Origin: Cyanophora paradoxa CCMP329
Taxonomy: Eukaryota > Plantae > Glaucophyta
Assembly: GCA_004431415.1 (NCBI GenBank)
Contig: QPMI01000150.1
Span: 62,001 to 126,000, forward strand
Direction: 5' to 3'
DNA: 64,000 nucleotides
Below are positions 49,007 to 62,181 of the stretch, one piece after another. Every line of letters starts with the position of its first letter. The first letter of the stretch is position 1. The translations under genes and the position numbers were made by a program. Under the pieces are notes generated by a model. The model made no database searches. It was not told the origin of the DNA and was given only the letters and a program-made list of their open reading frames with translations.

Positions 49007-52000
49007 CTAGGCGGGCGGCGGGGGGGCTCCCTGGAGGGCGGCGCGGATCGCCTCCTGCAGCTTGTCGCGCGTGATCGGCTTGCTCCTGCGGAGGAGGAAG
49101 TCAGGGGCCAGCAACCTCGAGGAGGACGAGTTGCTCTCGAGGAGGGGGAGGGGGGGGAGAAGGAAGGGGAGGGGTAGTGGGGCGCACAGGAACCCGACCA
49201 TGCCGACGCGCATGCAGCGGCCGCGCGTCTCCTGCATCGCCGCCGCCGTCCTGCGCCCCGTCCCGCCCCGTCCCGCCTCGGCGCTCGGGGGAGGAAGAGG
49301 GGGCGCGGGGGCGGGGGGCGGACAGGGCGATGAAGGGCGGGGGCGGGTGGGCGCCGGGGGCGCGTGCCTCCTCGAGGATGCGCCGCGTGGCCTCGATGCC
49401 GTCGAGCCGCGGCATCTGGATGTCCATCAGGCACACTGCCCGCCCCCGCCCCCGCCGGGGCCCCCGTCAGCGGCGAGGAGGCCGGGCGCGCGGAGCGGGG
49501 GGGGGGGTGGGGGGGGCGGCGGCGGGGGCGGGCCGTCGAAGCGGGCGCGGCGGCAGGCGGCGACGGCCTCGAGGCCGTCCGAGGCGACCTCCACGTCGTA
49601 CCCAGCCGCTCCAGGATCCGCCGCTGCAGCACCTGCGGGGGGCGGGGCGGGGTCGGTCAGCCGGGGGCGGGGGCCGCGTCGGTGGTGCGCGCGCGCCTGG
49701 TTCACGCTGTTGTCGTCGCAGAGGAGGACGCGCAGCGGGGCCGCCCGCCCCGCCTCCGCCCCGGCCTCCGTGCTCACGGAGTCGCGCCGGGGCAGCCCCT
49801 CGGGGCTCGCCGGCAGCGAGGAGGCGCGGGCCTGCGGCGAGAGAGGCGTCTCCTCCAGAGGCGGAGGCGGCGGCGGCGCCTGCTCGGCGCCGACGACGGC
49901 GCGGGGGAGGAGGACGGTGAAGGTCGAGCCGGCGCCGAGCTGCGCGGCAGGGGTCAGCGGGGCGCGCCGCGGGAGGGTCGGCGTGGGGCCGGGGGGGCGG
50001 CCTGGGAGGCGACGGCGACCGAGCCGCCCCAGAGGCGGGCCAGGTGCCGCACGATGGGGAGCCCGAGCCCCGTGCCCCGAACTGCGAGCGAGCGCCGGCG
50101 TCGGGCGGGGCGGGCGGGGGCGAAAGTGCAGGGGCGGGGGCGGGGGGCGGGCCTCGCGCGTGGTGGAGGCGTCGGCCTGGCTGAAGCGGTCCCAGATGCG
50201 CTCCAGCCGGTCCGCCGCGATGCCTGCGCCCCCGCCCCGCCCCGCCCTCGGCGTCGCGCTGGCAGCGGAGCGGAGGGGGCCGGGGTGGCGGGGCGGGCGG
50301 CACCGATGCCCTGGTCGAGCACCTCGAAGCGGACGGCGGGGCCCTCGGGGGCCACCCGCAGCCGCACCGCCCCGCCCCGCGTGAACTGCCCCCGCGCAGG
50401 GCCGCGGGGTGAGGCGGGCCGGGGCGGCGGGCGCCGCCGGCGGGGCGGACCTTCACGGCGTTGGAGAGGAGGTTGACCTGGGGCGGGGGGCGGGGCGGGG
50501 CTCGGCGCGGCGCGGGCGGCAGGGGCAGGAGGGGGCGGGGGGCCGGGGCCGCACGAGGATCTGCCGGAGGCGCACTTCGTCTCCCTCGAGGGCCTCGGGG
50601 CCGCCGCGTCCACCTCCGACGAGAGCCGCGTCCCGCTGCTCCCCGCCGCGCCCCGCCCGGCCCGCCGTCAGCGAGGCGAGGCGAGGCGCGCGGGGGAGCT
50701 CGGGGGCGCGCGTGTCGTGGGCGCGGCAGGCGACGACGCGGAGGGCGTCCTCCACGACGCGGCGCAGGGGGAAGGCCCGCCGCTCCAGCTCCAGCTGCGC
50801 GCCCGCCCCGGCGTCTCGGCCCGCGCCCTCGCGCCTCGGCTTGCGGGCTCGCGGGCTCGGGGGCGGGCGCGCCTTGCCCTGCTCGACCTTGGAGAGGTCG
50901 AGGATGTCCGAGATGAGCGTCAGCAGGTGCGAGCCGCACGTCAGGATCGTCGACACGTCCTTCTCCTGCACGCGCCCCTCAGCGCCGGCCCCGGCGCGGG
51001 GCGGGGCGCTGCGCGGGGCGCGGGGCGCGGGGCGGGGAAGGGACCTGCTGCGGGGTGCAGGAGGCGCGGAGCTCCTCGGCGCACATGATGACGCTCGAGA
51101 GCGGCGTCCGCAGCTCGTGGCTCATCGTGCACAGGAACTCCGACCTGCGCGCCGCGCCGCCCCGTCGATGCCGGGGCGGGGGCCCGCCCCGCGGAGGAGT
51201 CGCAGGGCGGACTTGCAGCGGGAGGCGCAGTCGGCGGCGCGCTTCGCCTCGAGCAGCTGCCGCTGGTTCGCCTCTAGCGCCGCCTCCACCGCCTGGCCCC
51301 GCGTCGGCGGCCGGGGCGGGGCGGGGCGGGGCGGCGGGGGCGGACCTTGCGCTCGGCGATCTCGGCGGTGAGGCGCCCGATGGTGGCGGCGAGGGCGCGG
51401 TTCGCCTCCTCGAGCCGCGCGTACGACGCCAGCAGCTCCCGCTGGTTCCTCTCCCACCGCTGCCCGCCACGCTCGGCCCGGGTGCGCGGGGCGGGGCGGG
51501 GCGGCGGGGCGGGCCTCGAGGTTGGAGAGGATGAGCTCCAGCTTGGAGCTCTGCAGCCGCTGCGCCGACTCCTCCGGCGGCACGAAGTACCTGGGGGAGG
51601 GGAGGGGCAAGAGGGCCCGTCACGGCCCGCCCGCTGGGCCGGGGCGGGGCGGGGCGGGGGGGCGCGCATGTTGCGGTGCTCGTGGTGCTCGTCGTCGCTC
51701 CCCCGGCACCAGACCGTCGGGCTGCCGGCAGGTCAGCCCTCCGGGGCGGGGGCGGGGGCGGGGGGCGGGGGCGGGGGGGCACTGGACGAAGAGTATGTCG
51801 AGGAGCTCCTGCGCGGGGTGCTCGTCCATGTCGAAGATGCACATCGCCGTGTACGCCGCACCCTCGCCCCCGGCCCCCTGCTGCCGCCCCGCCCCCGCAC
51901 CATCGACCTCCACCTCGCGCAGGGGCTGGGCGGGGCGGGGCGCACGGCCATCCAGTCGGTGATGCGGGCCTCGTACGTGCGGACGTCCTCGTATATGTCG

Positions 52001-52814
52001 CCGGCGACGGCCCTGTCCACGGCGCAGATCCACCCCATGTCCCCCGCCACACGCAGCCCCGTGTAGCCCTCTGCGCCCCCGCGCCGGCGGCCGTCGGCCC
52101 CCGCGCCGCGCCGCTCCGGGGCGGGGCGGGGCGGGGCGGACCGGCGAGGGAGGCGGCGAGGCCGTCCTGCATGCGGTGGAGGACGGCCTCGCCGCTGAAA
52201 AGCCGCCGCCCCGCCTCGTCCGGCGGCTCCAGGTACCCCTCCACGGGCTCCACTGCGCCGCGCGCGCGCGCTCCTCAGCGAGGGGGGGCGGAGGGCGAGC
52301 GCGCCGGGCGCGGGCGCACTGAAACTGAGGCGGCCGGACGCGAGGGCGCTGGACACGGAGGCGTCGCCCATCTCCTCGCAGAGGCGCAGCAGGACGAAGT
52401 CCCGCCGGCGCGCGGGGATGAGCCCGCGGATCTTCTCGCCGCGGCGGAGGCCGTGCGCGAAGTACCCTGCGACCCGAGACGCATACTCGTCGCCCCCGCG
52501 CACGACTGCCCCAGCGGGATCAGCTGGATCGCAGCCCGAGAGGACCGGAGGCAGAGCGCACAGAAACACTGGTGCGACCCAGGGATGCCCCGAGGATCGG
52601 CAGAAGGTGCCTGCGAGCAGTCACACGGGCAAATTCTCGGTATGTCGGCTTCCTCGCCCCCCCGTCTCCGTTTTCGAGTGGCAGGGCTCCTGCAGCTGCG
52701 CGACGCGATGGCTCTCATCCCCTCGTTCGAGTCGTTATTGCATCGAGATCCATCGTACCGTGGGGAGCAAGAATCGATCTGATCTGATGCGCTCATCGCG
52801 CTGGCGGTGACCAT
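49007..52814 (-). CDS. Hybrid histidine kinase: MEDS - coiled coil - HisKA - HATPase - receiver (multi-exon)
   Basis: MEDS: HQCF, GLRRGEK, LRVAGDMGW, YEARI, AMCIFD. H-box EFLCTMSHELRTPL; N-box NLLSNAVK; G1 VLDQGIG; F-box FSQADASTTR; G2 GTGLGL. Receiver: VLLCDDNSVNQ, LMDIQMPRLDG, KP. Confidence 0.92.
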
Positions 52815-53697
52815 GCCCAAAGCTGCAACCGCGACCACGGTGCTGGCACGAAAACTGCCCGATAAGTTTTGACTGAACGCTGACCGCAGCTCTGACGGGT
52901 CGCAGGCTCGCAGCTGTGGCGGAGCGTCGGGGACTGCGGGCGCGCACGGCGCACGCTAGCGCTGGTGACGAGCTGGATCGAGCTGCCTGGAAGAAGCCTG
53001 GAGCGCCTCGTGTCGATACGGGAGAGATCGGTCTGCGCCCTGTGCCCGTATGCGCAGATCTTGTTATGCGCCTCGAAGGCCCCAAAAGCGATGGAAGTGG
53101 AGTCCCTAGATCTTGTAACCCTCTTCAACTTCTCCTCCCCTTCATTCTGCTTTGTGTACCCTCCCGAACGACCATGAATTCCGGAAATGAAACTGACTCC
53201 GACTGTTGGAAGTTCGACTTGATCCCCCCCCCTCCGAACCGCGGACTCGGCCGCGGACCCCGGTCGCGCGCGCGATGACGCCGCGATCGCCGCTCGGCTG
53301 CCGCGCCTCCGCATGCGCATGCGCAGGGTTACCCAGGGTAGGACCGTATGCAGGCTGATGATGCAGCGTGCGCTTCTCGCCTGCCTTCCCCGGCCGGGCG
53401 CAGCACCCGCAGCGATAGCTAGGAGCTGCTAAGTAGCTATAGCCTAGTAGCTAGGTCTAGAAGATCTAGACAGAGGCGCGCTCTTGCGCGACCTCCGAGG
53501 CTCTCGGAGAAGCTTGCAAGAAGAGAGCCTCGCGCACGCGCGATGAGCACCCGTGCCTTGCGAGCCCCCAGCCGCACTCTCTGACAGCAGGAGGCCGTGC
53601 CGCGCAACCGCCAGGCGCTGCGAACTCGGCCGCTGGCCCCGCGGCCCGGCGCGCGCTGCGCCGCTCACAGAGTCACGGAGTCTCCGAGGCTCGCCCG

Positions 53698-56600
53698 ATG
53701 GCGTCGCATCCGAGACCAAGCCACCACGGGCCCATTGCGGCCGGGAGCTACGGGGGCGGTACTGGCTCCGGTGCGCCTGCCGCAGTGCCAGGGGGCCCTG
53801 ACGAGCGCCCGCTCCCACCCGACCGGCTCGGGCGCGCGCGCGCGCAGTGGCGTCGGGGCCGCGGGACGTGGAGCTCGACGGCGATGGCGACGCGAGCAGC
53901 AGGCGCGAGGCGATGTTCGGCCTGGTGCCCGGCGCCTCCCCGCCCCGCCCCGCCCGGCCGCCCAGCTCGCTCACTCGATCGGCCCCGCGCCGGCCCGCAG
54001 GGGGAGGTCGCACGCATCCTGCAGGCGCTCGACCCGGGACAGCCCCGGCCGCCACGCGCGCTCCCGCTGACGCGCCCCGCGCCCGCAGGAAACCATCTAC
54101 GGCATCGTCGCCGTGATGTCGCGCGGCAAGCAGGTTCGCCGGCGCCGCTGAGGCTCGCGGCGGGGCCCGAGGGGCGCTGAGGCGGGGCCGGGGCCGCCGG
54201 GGCGAGCAGAAGCGCCTCTCGTACGCCCTCGCGGAGGCGCTGCTCGTGTCGACCCTCTTCCTCCTCTTCCCCCTCCAGCTCTTCTCCTGGCCCGGGGCCG
54301 GGCCCGCCGTGCGCCCCAGCCGAGCCCCTCGCCGGCGCGCCCCAGCGGCCGCTGCGGCTGAGCCCCGCGCCCTCAGCTCGAGCAAGTCCGCGACGGGCTC
54401 CGCCTCGCCTTCCCCTTCCGCTCCTCCGCCCTCAGCTACAACCAGGTGCCCCCGCGACGAAGTCCCCGCAACGGTACCCCTCTCCGCATCCAAGGGCCCA
54501 CCGGGTACCCCCGCAGTTCCTCGGCGCGTTCTGGACGGCCGTGTCCCTGATCGCGGTATCCCTCTCCACCGCCGTCTACACGGGGTACGCCTTCGCGACG
54601 CAGGATTTCAAGGTCCGGTAGCGCCCCCGTACCCCCGCGCCGCAGCATGCACGCACCCTCGATCTCTGAAACGCCCGTACCCCGGCCTTCAGGTCATGTG
54701 GCCCCTCCGCTTCCTCCGCTTCGTCATCTCCTACTTCGTCGTCATCCTTTACATGTACCCCCCTCCCCGCGCTCTCCCCCTCCTTTCGACCCCCGCCTCG
54801 CCTGACGCGCACGCCCTCCTCCCCGCCCGGCAGGCCCCTCATCTCGCTGCTGACGAAGGTCTTCAACTGCCCGCTGCCCTCGGGCGCCGCCGGCTCGGCG
54901 CCGGCCTTCCACATCGACTTCCCCGAGATGGAGTGCTGGACCCGCACCCACCTCGCCCTCTTGTGCGCCCCGTACCCCCCTGGGCCTCCAGCCCCCCGCC
55001 CCGAGCCGGCGCCCGCGCAGCATCGTGGCCTGCGTCATGGCCGGCTCCTTCATCGTCTTCGCCACGATCACGCAGGTCCCCGCCCCGCTCCCTCCTCCCC
55101 TGTGCCGCGACGTACCCCCTCCCAGTGACTCACCGTACCCCCCCTCCCCCCGCGCCCCAGCTGCTCTTCTTCGAGCCGAACTTCCGCGCGGTGGGCCCCG
55201 ACGGCGAGCGCGACCTCTTCTCGCGGTGCCGTACCCCCCTGCCGCCGCCCGCGGATCGTCGTGGCCCGAGCCCCGTACCCCCCAGGCCCCACTCCAGGGT
55301 GGATACCGTGTTCTTCCTCCTGAACTCGCTCCTCTCGGTCCTCTCCAACGTCGACGCCGTACCCCGGTGCGCCCCCATCCTTCGATCTCCCTTCTCTTCG
55401 CGTAACCCCGTGCCCCCCCAGGGACGTTCTGGCCGTGATGTACATCGCGTCGGGGACGGTCATGTCGTACCTCCTTCTCAATTTCTTCCCCTACCACCGC
55501 CTCTCCGCCAACATGTACCAGACGTGCGCCGGCGCCCGCCCCGGCCCCTCCTCCGTTCCTCACGGCGGTACCCCCCAGGGCCGTGACGTTCGCGTACACG
55601 TACGCGTCGATCCTGTGCCTCGCGGAGCGCGCCGGGTGCGCGCGACCCCGGGGCGGCCCGGCCCCACAAGCCCCACGCCGGCGCCGCTGAGACGGGGGCA
55701 GGCGGCGGGGCGACTTCGGGCTGACGGTAGCGATGGCGGCGGGCCTGGTGCCGGCGTTCCTGGCGGGGGCGGCGGCCTCCTGGCTCCGCTTCCGCCTCGT
55801 CCTCTGCACCGGCCGCATCGCCGACGTCGCCACCATCCGGTCCGCCCGCCCGCGCGCCCCCCGGGGCGCCCTCGAGCGCCTCCGAGCCGGGCCGGGGCGC
55901 CGGCAGGCGGGCGGTGCACATCGAGATCGCGGTTCGTGTTTTTGGTCGGGGCCGAGGCCCTCGCCGCCCGCCCGCGTTCGAGGGCGGGGCCGCGTGCAGG
56001 CGCGGTTCGTGTTCGAGGCGGGCCCCGGGGACGCGGAGGCCGTCGAGGCCGCAGACGCCGTCTTCCGCGCCGGCGTGCGCCCCCGCCCCCGCCCCGGGCC
56101 CGGCCCCTGGGGGCGGGGGAGAGGGAACGTCGCGCGCAGATCGAGAAGTTCCCGCACTCGGCGGCGCTCCTCATCGCCCACTCCTTCTTCTGCTTCTCCT
56201 ACACAAACTCCCCCGACCTCGGTGCGTGCCGCGCACGCGGGGGGAGGCGGGCCCGCCCGGGCGCCGCCTGAGGCGGCCCCGCACCCGCGCGCAGCCTTCG
56301 AGCGCATCCGCCAGGCCGCAAAGCTCCGGCCCGGATTCGACCTGCGGTCCGCCCGCGCTCCGCGAGCCTACGCCCCCGCCGCCCGCGGGCCGCCGCGCTG
56401 ACCGGCCCCGCCCCCCCGCATCGCAGATTCGTCATATACCGGTACCCCTCGGCCAATATCTAGGGGTCCGCCCCGGCGCCCGCGTGACGCCCGCGGGCCG
56501 CAGGCGGGAACTCGAGCGGCAGCACAGCGCCCACGCCATCGACATGGTGCCGTACCCCCGCCCACCCCTCACAGCACGTACCCGGAGCCAAACCCGCCCC

Positions 56601-59600
56601 GCCCGCAGGGAGACGCCCGGTACAACATCACGGACCACATCGAGTGCGCTGTACCCGAGGGGGCCCTCCCCTCCGCCCCGCGCCTCGCCCTCCGGCGAGC
56701 CCGCCCCGCGCCAGGTACAAGACGAACATGACGGGGGCGCGCAAGTCCCACCGCACCGCCCTCCGCGCCGTCAAGCGGTGCCGGCGCCCCGCCCCGCGTG
56801 CCGCGCCCCGCCCCGGCGCCCACGCCCACGCCCGCCCCCCTCTGCAGGTTCTGGACGCTGCTCTCGGCGGAGGCGCTGGACAGCGAGGCCCTCGAGGCCT
56901 GCCTCGCCCGGTCCGCCCCGCCCCCCGCGCCCCGCCCCCCTCGGTTTTCTCGCTGGAGCGCCCCCGGCAGGCTGGACAAGGCGGAGCACAAGGCCGACGG
57001 GCACTACCGCGCGCTGCTCGCCCGCTACCCGCGCGCCCCCCGCGTCCTCCGCTCCTACGGCCGCTTCCAGGCCGAGGCCCGCCCCGCCCCGCAGCTCCGC
57101 CCCGCCCCGCGCGCCGGCGGCCGCCGACGCGTCGCCCCTCCTCCCCCGCGCAGGTGCTCAACGACGAGGCGGCCGCGCAGCAGCTCTTCGACGCCGCCGA
57201 CGACTGCGAGGCGCGTGCCCCCCCTCCAGCCTTGTCTTCTCCTCGTTCGCCTTCTTAATGAGAACGAGCAGACGGTACCCGGGGCGGCGCACGAGGTCGG
57301 CTCGGTCTCCGGCCGCGGCGCCGGCTCCGTCGCTGGCTTCGACGCCCTCGCCGGCTCCGCGCCCGCCCCGGCCCTCTCCCCGACCGGCGCCGGGGCCGGG
57401 GCCGGCCCGGCGCCGCCGACGCCGCGGGGGCCGCTGCTGGCGTCGCTGGTCGATGCGGCGGCCTCGCTGCTGACGCGGCGGCGCTGGGTGCGCGTGCGGC
57501 CCGACCACGAGCACGCCCACGCCTCCTCTCCCGAGACCTCGTCCCACGGCGCCGGCCCCGGGGGGCCCCTCGTGACCCTCCCCCGCTCCGTCTCCGCCCG
57601 CCCCTCTGTCCGGTCCGCACTTGCCGCCTTTGCATCGCGCGCGGGGGGCGCAGCGCTTACGCGCACGGGGCGGGCAGGTCGGGCGGGGGCGGCGCGCGGG
57701 CGCCCTCGGCGGGCCCCCGGCCCTCGTACAACCGGCGGGCGAGCTTCGCGCTGACCGGCCACCTGGCGGCGGTGCGGCTGCCGCCCGTGGGGGCCACCGC
57801 CAAGGCCGCCGCCCCGCCCCCGCCCTCTCGCCCTCCTCCAACGGCTCGTCGGCCCGCCGCTCGGCCGCCCACCTCGAGATCCGCGTGCCCGTCGTCGTCG
57901 CGGCGGCCGCCGGGCACGCCTCGCTGCCCGAGACGCCCACGGCGGCCGGCCCCGCCTCCCCAGGCTCCCTCGCCTCGCCCTTCGCCCGCCTTCGGCCTCC
58001 GAGGCGGGCGGCGGGCGCCCGCTCGCCTCCCCGCCCCCATACCCCGCGCGAACCCGACCCGGCCCCGGCGTCGCCCGGCCTGGCCGGCATGGCAGCCACC
58101 CTGGGCGGCCCCTTACCCCCCGCGCCGGCCCCGCCGGGGTACGAGGCGCCGGAGGTGCGGGTGCTGAGCAGCCCGGAGTCGGAGGGTGCCTCGGACGGGG
58201 GCACGGGGGACGAGCGGCCGCGCGCCCCGCACGTGCACGTGCTGCCCGGCCCGGCGGCCCCCGGCTCCTCCAAGCCCACCTCCCCCTCGGCCAAGGACGG
58301 CGCCGAGGCGGAGGGCTTCGACGGCGCCGACGGGGAGGGGGCCGGCGAGGCGGGTTCCCGCGACGAGGCGCGCGAGCGGCGGCGCATGGCCCGCAGGTGC
58401 CCCGCCCGCCCTTGCGCCCCCGAGCTCCGCCGGCCGCCGCTGAGCGCCCGGCCGCGCCCCCTGCAGGTGGCACAAGGTGAAGGCGCGGGTGAAGGGCGCG
58501 GGAGACGCGCACGCCGCCTCCATCCGCCGCATGAAGCTCGTGCGCGCCCCGCCCCGCCCGCTCCCGTCGCCCGCCACCGAGCGGCCGGCCGGGCCCCGGG
58601 GCAGACGGTGCGGGCGGTGCTGGCGGTGGTCTCGGCCGTCGCGGCCGCCAACTTCGCGGTCGTCACCTTCCTCATCTCCACCTTGTCCGCCCCCGCCCCG
58701 CCCCGCCCCGCCCGCCTGCCCCGCCCCGACTGGGGCCGGCAGCGAGCGGGCGATCTGGCACGTGGCGGAGAGTGGCGCGCGGCGGCGCCTCTCGGCCGCC
58801 GTCGCCCTCTACTCCCAGGCGAGCGCCCCCGCCCCCCGCCCCCCGCTTCCTCCTCTGCTGAGGCGGCGCGGGGCGCAGTGGCTGACGCTGGCGGGGCGCC
58901 CCGAGTGGGACCCCGCCGGCGACCTCGAGGGCCGGTCCGCCCCGCGCCCCCCCCGCCCCGCAGGGAGGAGCTGACTGCGAGAGCGCGGCAGGGCGCGGCG
59001 GGGCCTGGTGGAGGCGGCGGGGGAGCTCGAGGCGACCCACCTCAAGCTCTACGAGGACGGGGCGCGCGCGGATGCCCGCTCCATCCCGCCCGAGCCGGCC
59101 CGGGTCTGACGGGGGCGGCGTGCGGCGGGCGGGCAGGCGCGGACGGCGATGGACGCGGAGCCGTCGGTGGCGGTGCGGGCGCTGGCGGACAGCGACGGGG
59201 CGCTCCTCACGGGCACCCTCTCCCTCTGGGACGCCGGCCTCCAGGCCCGCCCCAAGCGCCCCCCTCGCCCCCGCGCCCACTCCTTCTTTAGCCTGAGCGG
59301 CCCGCAGCTCGTGAGCAACGCGCGCCGCGTCGCCCGCTCGCCCCTCGCCGAGCTCTTCTCGAACGGCGTACCCCGCCGCGAGCTCTACTTCGTCCGCGAG
59401 AACGGTACCCATGCGGCCCGCCCGCCCGGCCCCGCGCCCGCCCCCGTTGAGCGAGCTCGCACCCCCCGCAGCCGCCCTCCAGTTCTATGACTCGTTCCTC
59501 GACGCCACGAACATCCTGGTACCCCCTCGTCCCATTCCCTCCCCGGAACCGGCCCGAACGCGTACCCCAGGACCGGACGGCGTACACGGAGTTCGTGAAC

Positions 59601-60478
59601 ATTCGCGTGTGCCTCATCGTCGCGTTCGTCATCGTCACGGTCCTCCTCATGGCGCGCCCTCCCCGCCCCTGTACCCCGTCGCCCCCGCCGCTTCTCTCAA
59701 GAGGGGGGTACAGGTGCTGGCGCTGGTGGTGTTCCGCCCGACGGTCGTCCGCGTGCAGCGCGAGAAGGCCGAGGCCCTGCGTCCGCCCGAACCCTTTACC
59801 CCCCCGCACCGCCCGCCCTCCCGTCTCACCGACGGGCCCCGGGAGGCAGGACTGTTCCGGGACATCCCGCGGGCCGTGGTGCTGGAGCTCTCGCGGGCCG
59901 GGGAGGGGTACGGCGAGGGGAGCGAGGACTCGGAGTCCTCGGGGTACGACTCCTTCGAGGACCTCGACCCGGACGCCCACGGGCGGCAGACCCGCCGCCG
60001 CTCCTCCGGCTTCTCCGGCAACCGGTGCCGCCCCTCTCAGCGCCGCCCGTGCCTCTTGCGGGGCCTCACCGGCGAGCGCAGGCGCTCGAGCGTGGCGAGC
60101 GCGACGGGGCGCCGCCGCCGGCAGAGCCGCGCCGGCGTCGACGAGGCTGCCGCCGTCCGCCGCCCCGAGCCCGCCGCCGCGCCCCAGGCGCGCGCCCTCC
60201 CTCCCTTCTCCTTTACGTCTGCCCGGCTCACGGCCGCGGCAGCCGCCCCGGCGAAATTCGATTTTGCGGGCCATCGGCGGTCCCGCCACCGCGCCCCTCC
60301 GCGCCTTCTCCGCCCGCTTCGCGCGGTGCCCCCGCCCCGAGCCAGCGCCCCGCTCCGTCTACCCAACCTCATTCCCTCACCCGCGCAGGTGGACGCTGAT
60401 CCGGGCGCGTCTGGCGCACGCGGCGCGCTCCCTGCGTCAGCGCTTCCACGCCCCGGACCGCGTGACCGTTCTGGCGCG

Positions 60479-60520
<42 letters not shown>

Positions 60521-62181
60521 GCCCTCCTCCACTCGCCCCTGACTATCCGAGGGGCAGTACGCGGGGGCCTTCGGGGTCCTCTGGGTCCTCTTCCTCGTCT
60601 GGTTCGCCCTCGGCCTCCAGAACTGCGGCGCCTACGGTCCGCCCGCCCGCCCGCCCCGCCACCCCGCCCCGGCCGACGCGCCCCCGCAGAGGCGTTCGGG
60701 ACGGAGCGGAACTTCGCGGGGCAGCTGCGGAGCCTCGCCCTCCGCGTCGAGTACCACGCCGTCCAGGTCCCCGCCCCGCCCCGCCCCTTCCTCTCCTCCC
60801 GCGCCCTCGACTCGGCCTCAGATGGCGGTGGACGCGGCCGACTTCGCGCGGCAGCGCTCCCTCCTCGAGGCCGCCGCCGCCACCGTCCGCCCCGCCCCCG
60901 CCCCGCCCCCGCCCCCGCCGCCGCCGCCGCTGACGGGGGCGGGGGCGGGGGCAGCTGGCGGCGCGGGAGCGGTCGCTGCTCTTCGGCAACGTCTCCGAGC
61001 ACCTCTTCGGTCCGCCCCGCGCGCCCTGCTTCCTCGCTCGAGCCCGAGCCCGAGCCCTGAGCCCTTCGCGCCCCGCAGGCTCGCTGAACCGGTACCGCCC
61101 GACCGACCAGCTCCTCTTCTCCTCCACGTGCTTCGCCACCGCCGGTCCGTGCCGGCCCCGCCCCGCCCCGGCCCTCCGCCCCCGGGCCTCACTCGGGGGG
61201 GCAGAGGCGTGCGCTCTGGGGGCGCCGGTGTACCGGGAGGGCCTGCACGCGCTCCTCGGCCGCTACGTCGAGGAGGCCCTCCTCGCGGCCCGCCTCCCCC
61301 AGGTCGCCCCGGCCCCGCCCGCCCCGCACCTCCACGTCCTCCCAGCCCTGCACGGCCCGACCCCGCTGCTCTCCCTGGCGACTGGCCCTAGACACCCCCT
61401 CTCCCGCCTGCTCTGCCCCGCCCCGCTCTGCTCTCACCGCCGGCCGCGCTCCCGACCGGCAGGCCAAGGCGACGCCGGCGGACCCGCACATCCGGGTGCG
61501 CCCCTGTCTCTCTCGCATACCCCCGGGTCCCCCCTGAGCGGGGTGGGGCCGGGGGCAGTTCCTCTCGGGGGCGAACACGGCGGGGCTGCAGCCGGGCCTC
61601 GCCCGCCTCGCCGACCTCTACTTCGAGGTCCGGGGCCCGGGCGGGGGGCGGGGCGGCGTCGCCGTCGCCGCGCTGACGCGGGGCGGGGCGGGGCGCAGGA
61701 GGGCCAGGCGCGCCTCGAGTCGTTCAAGAGCATCCAGGCCGCCTGCTTCGCCTCCCTCCTCGCCCTCATCCTCCTCGAGTCCGGCCCCGCCCCGCCCCCG
61801 GCCCCGCCTGCGCCGCGGGGCGGCGAGCGCGGGGGCATGCGCAGGTACCTCTTCGTCTTCCGGCGCATCATCGCGAACCTGAGCGACGAGAGCCGCCGCA
61901 CCGCCTTCATGTCCGCCCGCCCCCCCCCCGCCCCGCCCCGCGCGAGCCGGCCGGGCGGCGCCGCTGACCCCGCGCCCCTTCGCCCCCACCCCTCTCAGGT
62001 TCCTCATGCTGCCCCCCGAGGTGCGCCGGCTCGGCCCGCCCCGCCCTCCCTTCCCCCCGAGACCGCGCGGGCTGAGGCGGGGGCCGGGGCCCCGGGCGCG
62101 CAGGTGATCGAGGCGACGGAGAGCATCAAGACGCACCTCGCGCGCCTCATGGCCGCCATCGCCCGCGCCGACGGCCCCTGA
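53698..62181 (+). CDS. Large multi-pass membrane protein of the TmcB/TmcC (tiny macrocysts)-like family with TPR region; many short exons
   Basis: ETIYGIVAVMSR, WPLRFLR, several TM exons, YRALLARYPRAPRVLRSYGRF, REKAEALR/LFRDIPRAVV, and C-terminal FRRIIANLSDESRRT..FLMLPPE.VIE. ATG at 53698, stop at 62181. Confidence 0.72.

Noticed and set aside
49007-52814. Bacterial contamination explaining the histidine kinase
   Set aside because: The gene is interrupted by many host-type spliceosomal introns.
60479-60518. Long poly-C/poly-G tracts in introns (also about 4402, 4927, 24999) as functional elements
   Set aside because: They are consistent with the general C-rich intron composition, and homopolymer lengths are unreliable.
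4162-62181. Many long Arg/Pro/Gly/Ala-rich six-frame ORFs (e.g. 17209-19665, 5707-7938, 57621-59291)
   Set aside because: These are stop-poor shadows of very GC-rich DNA; the real genes are short-exon spliced models.
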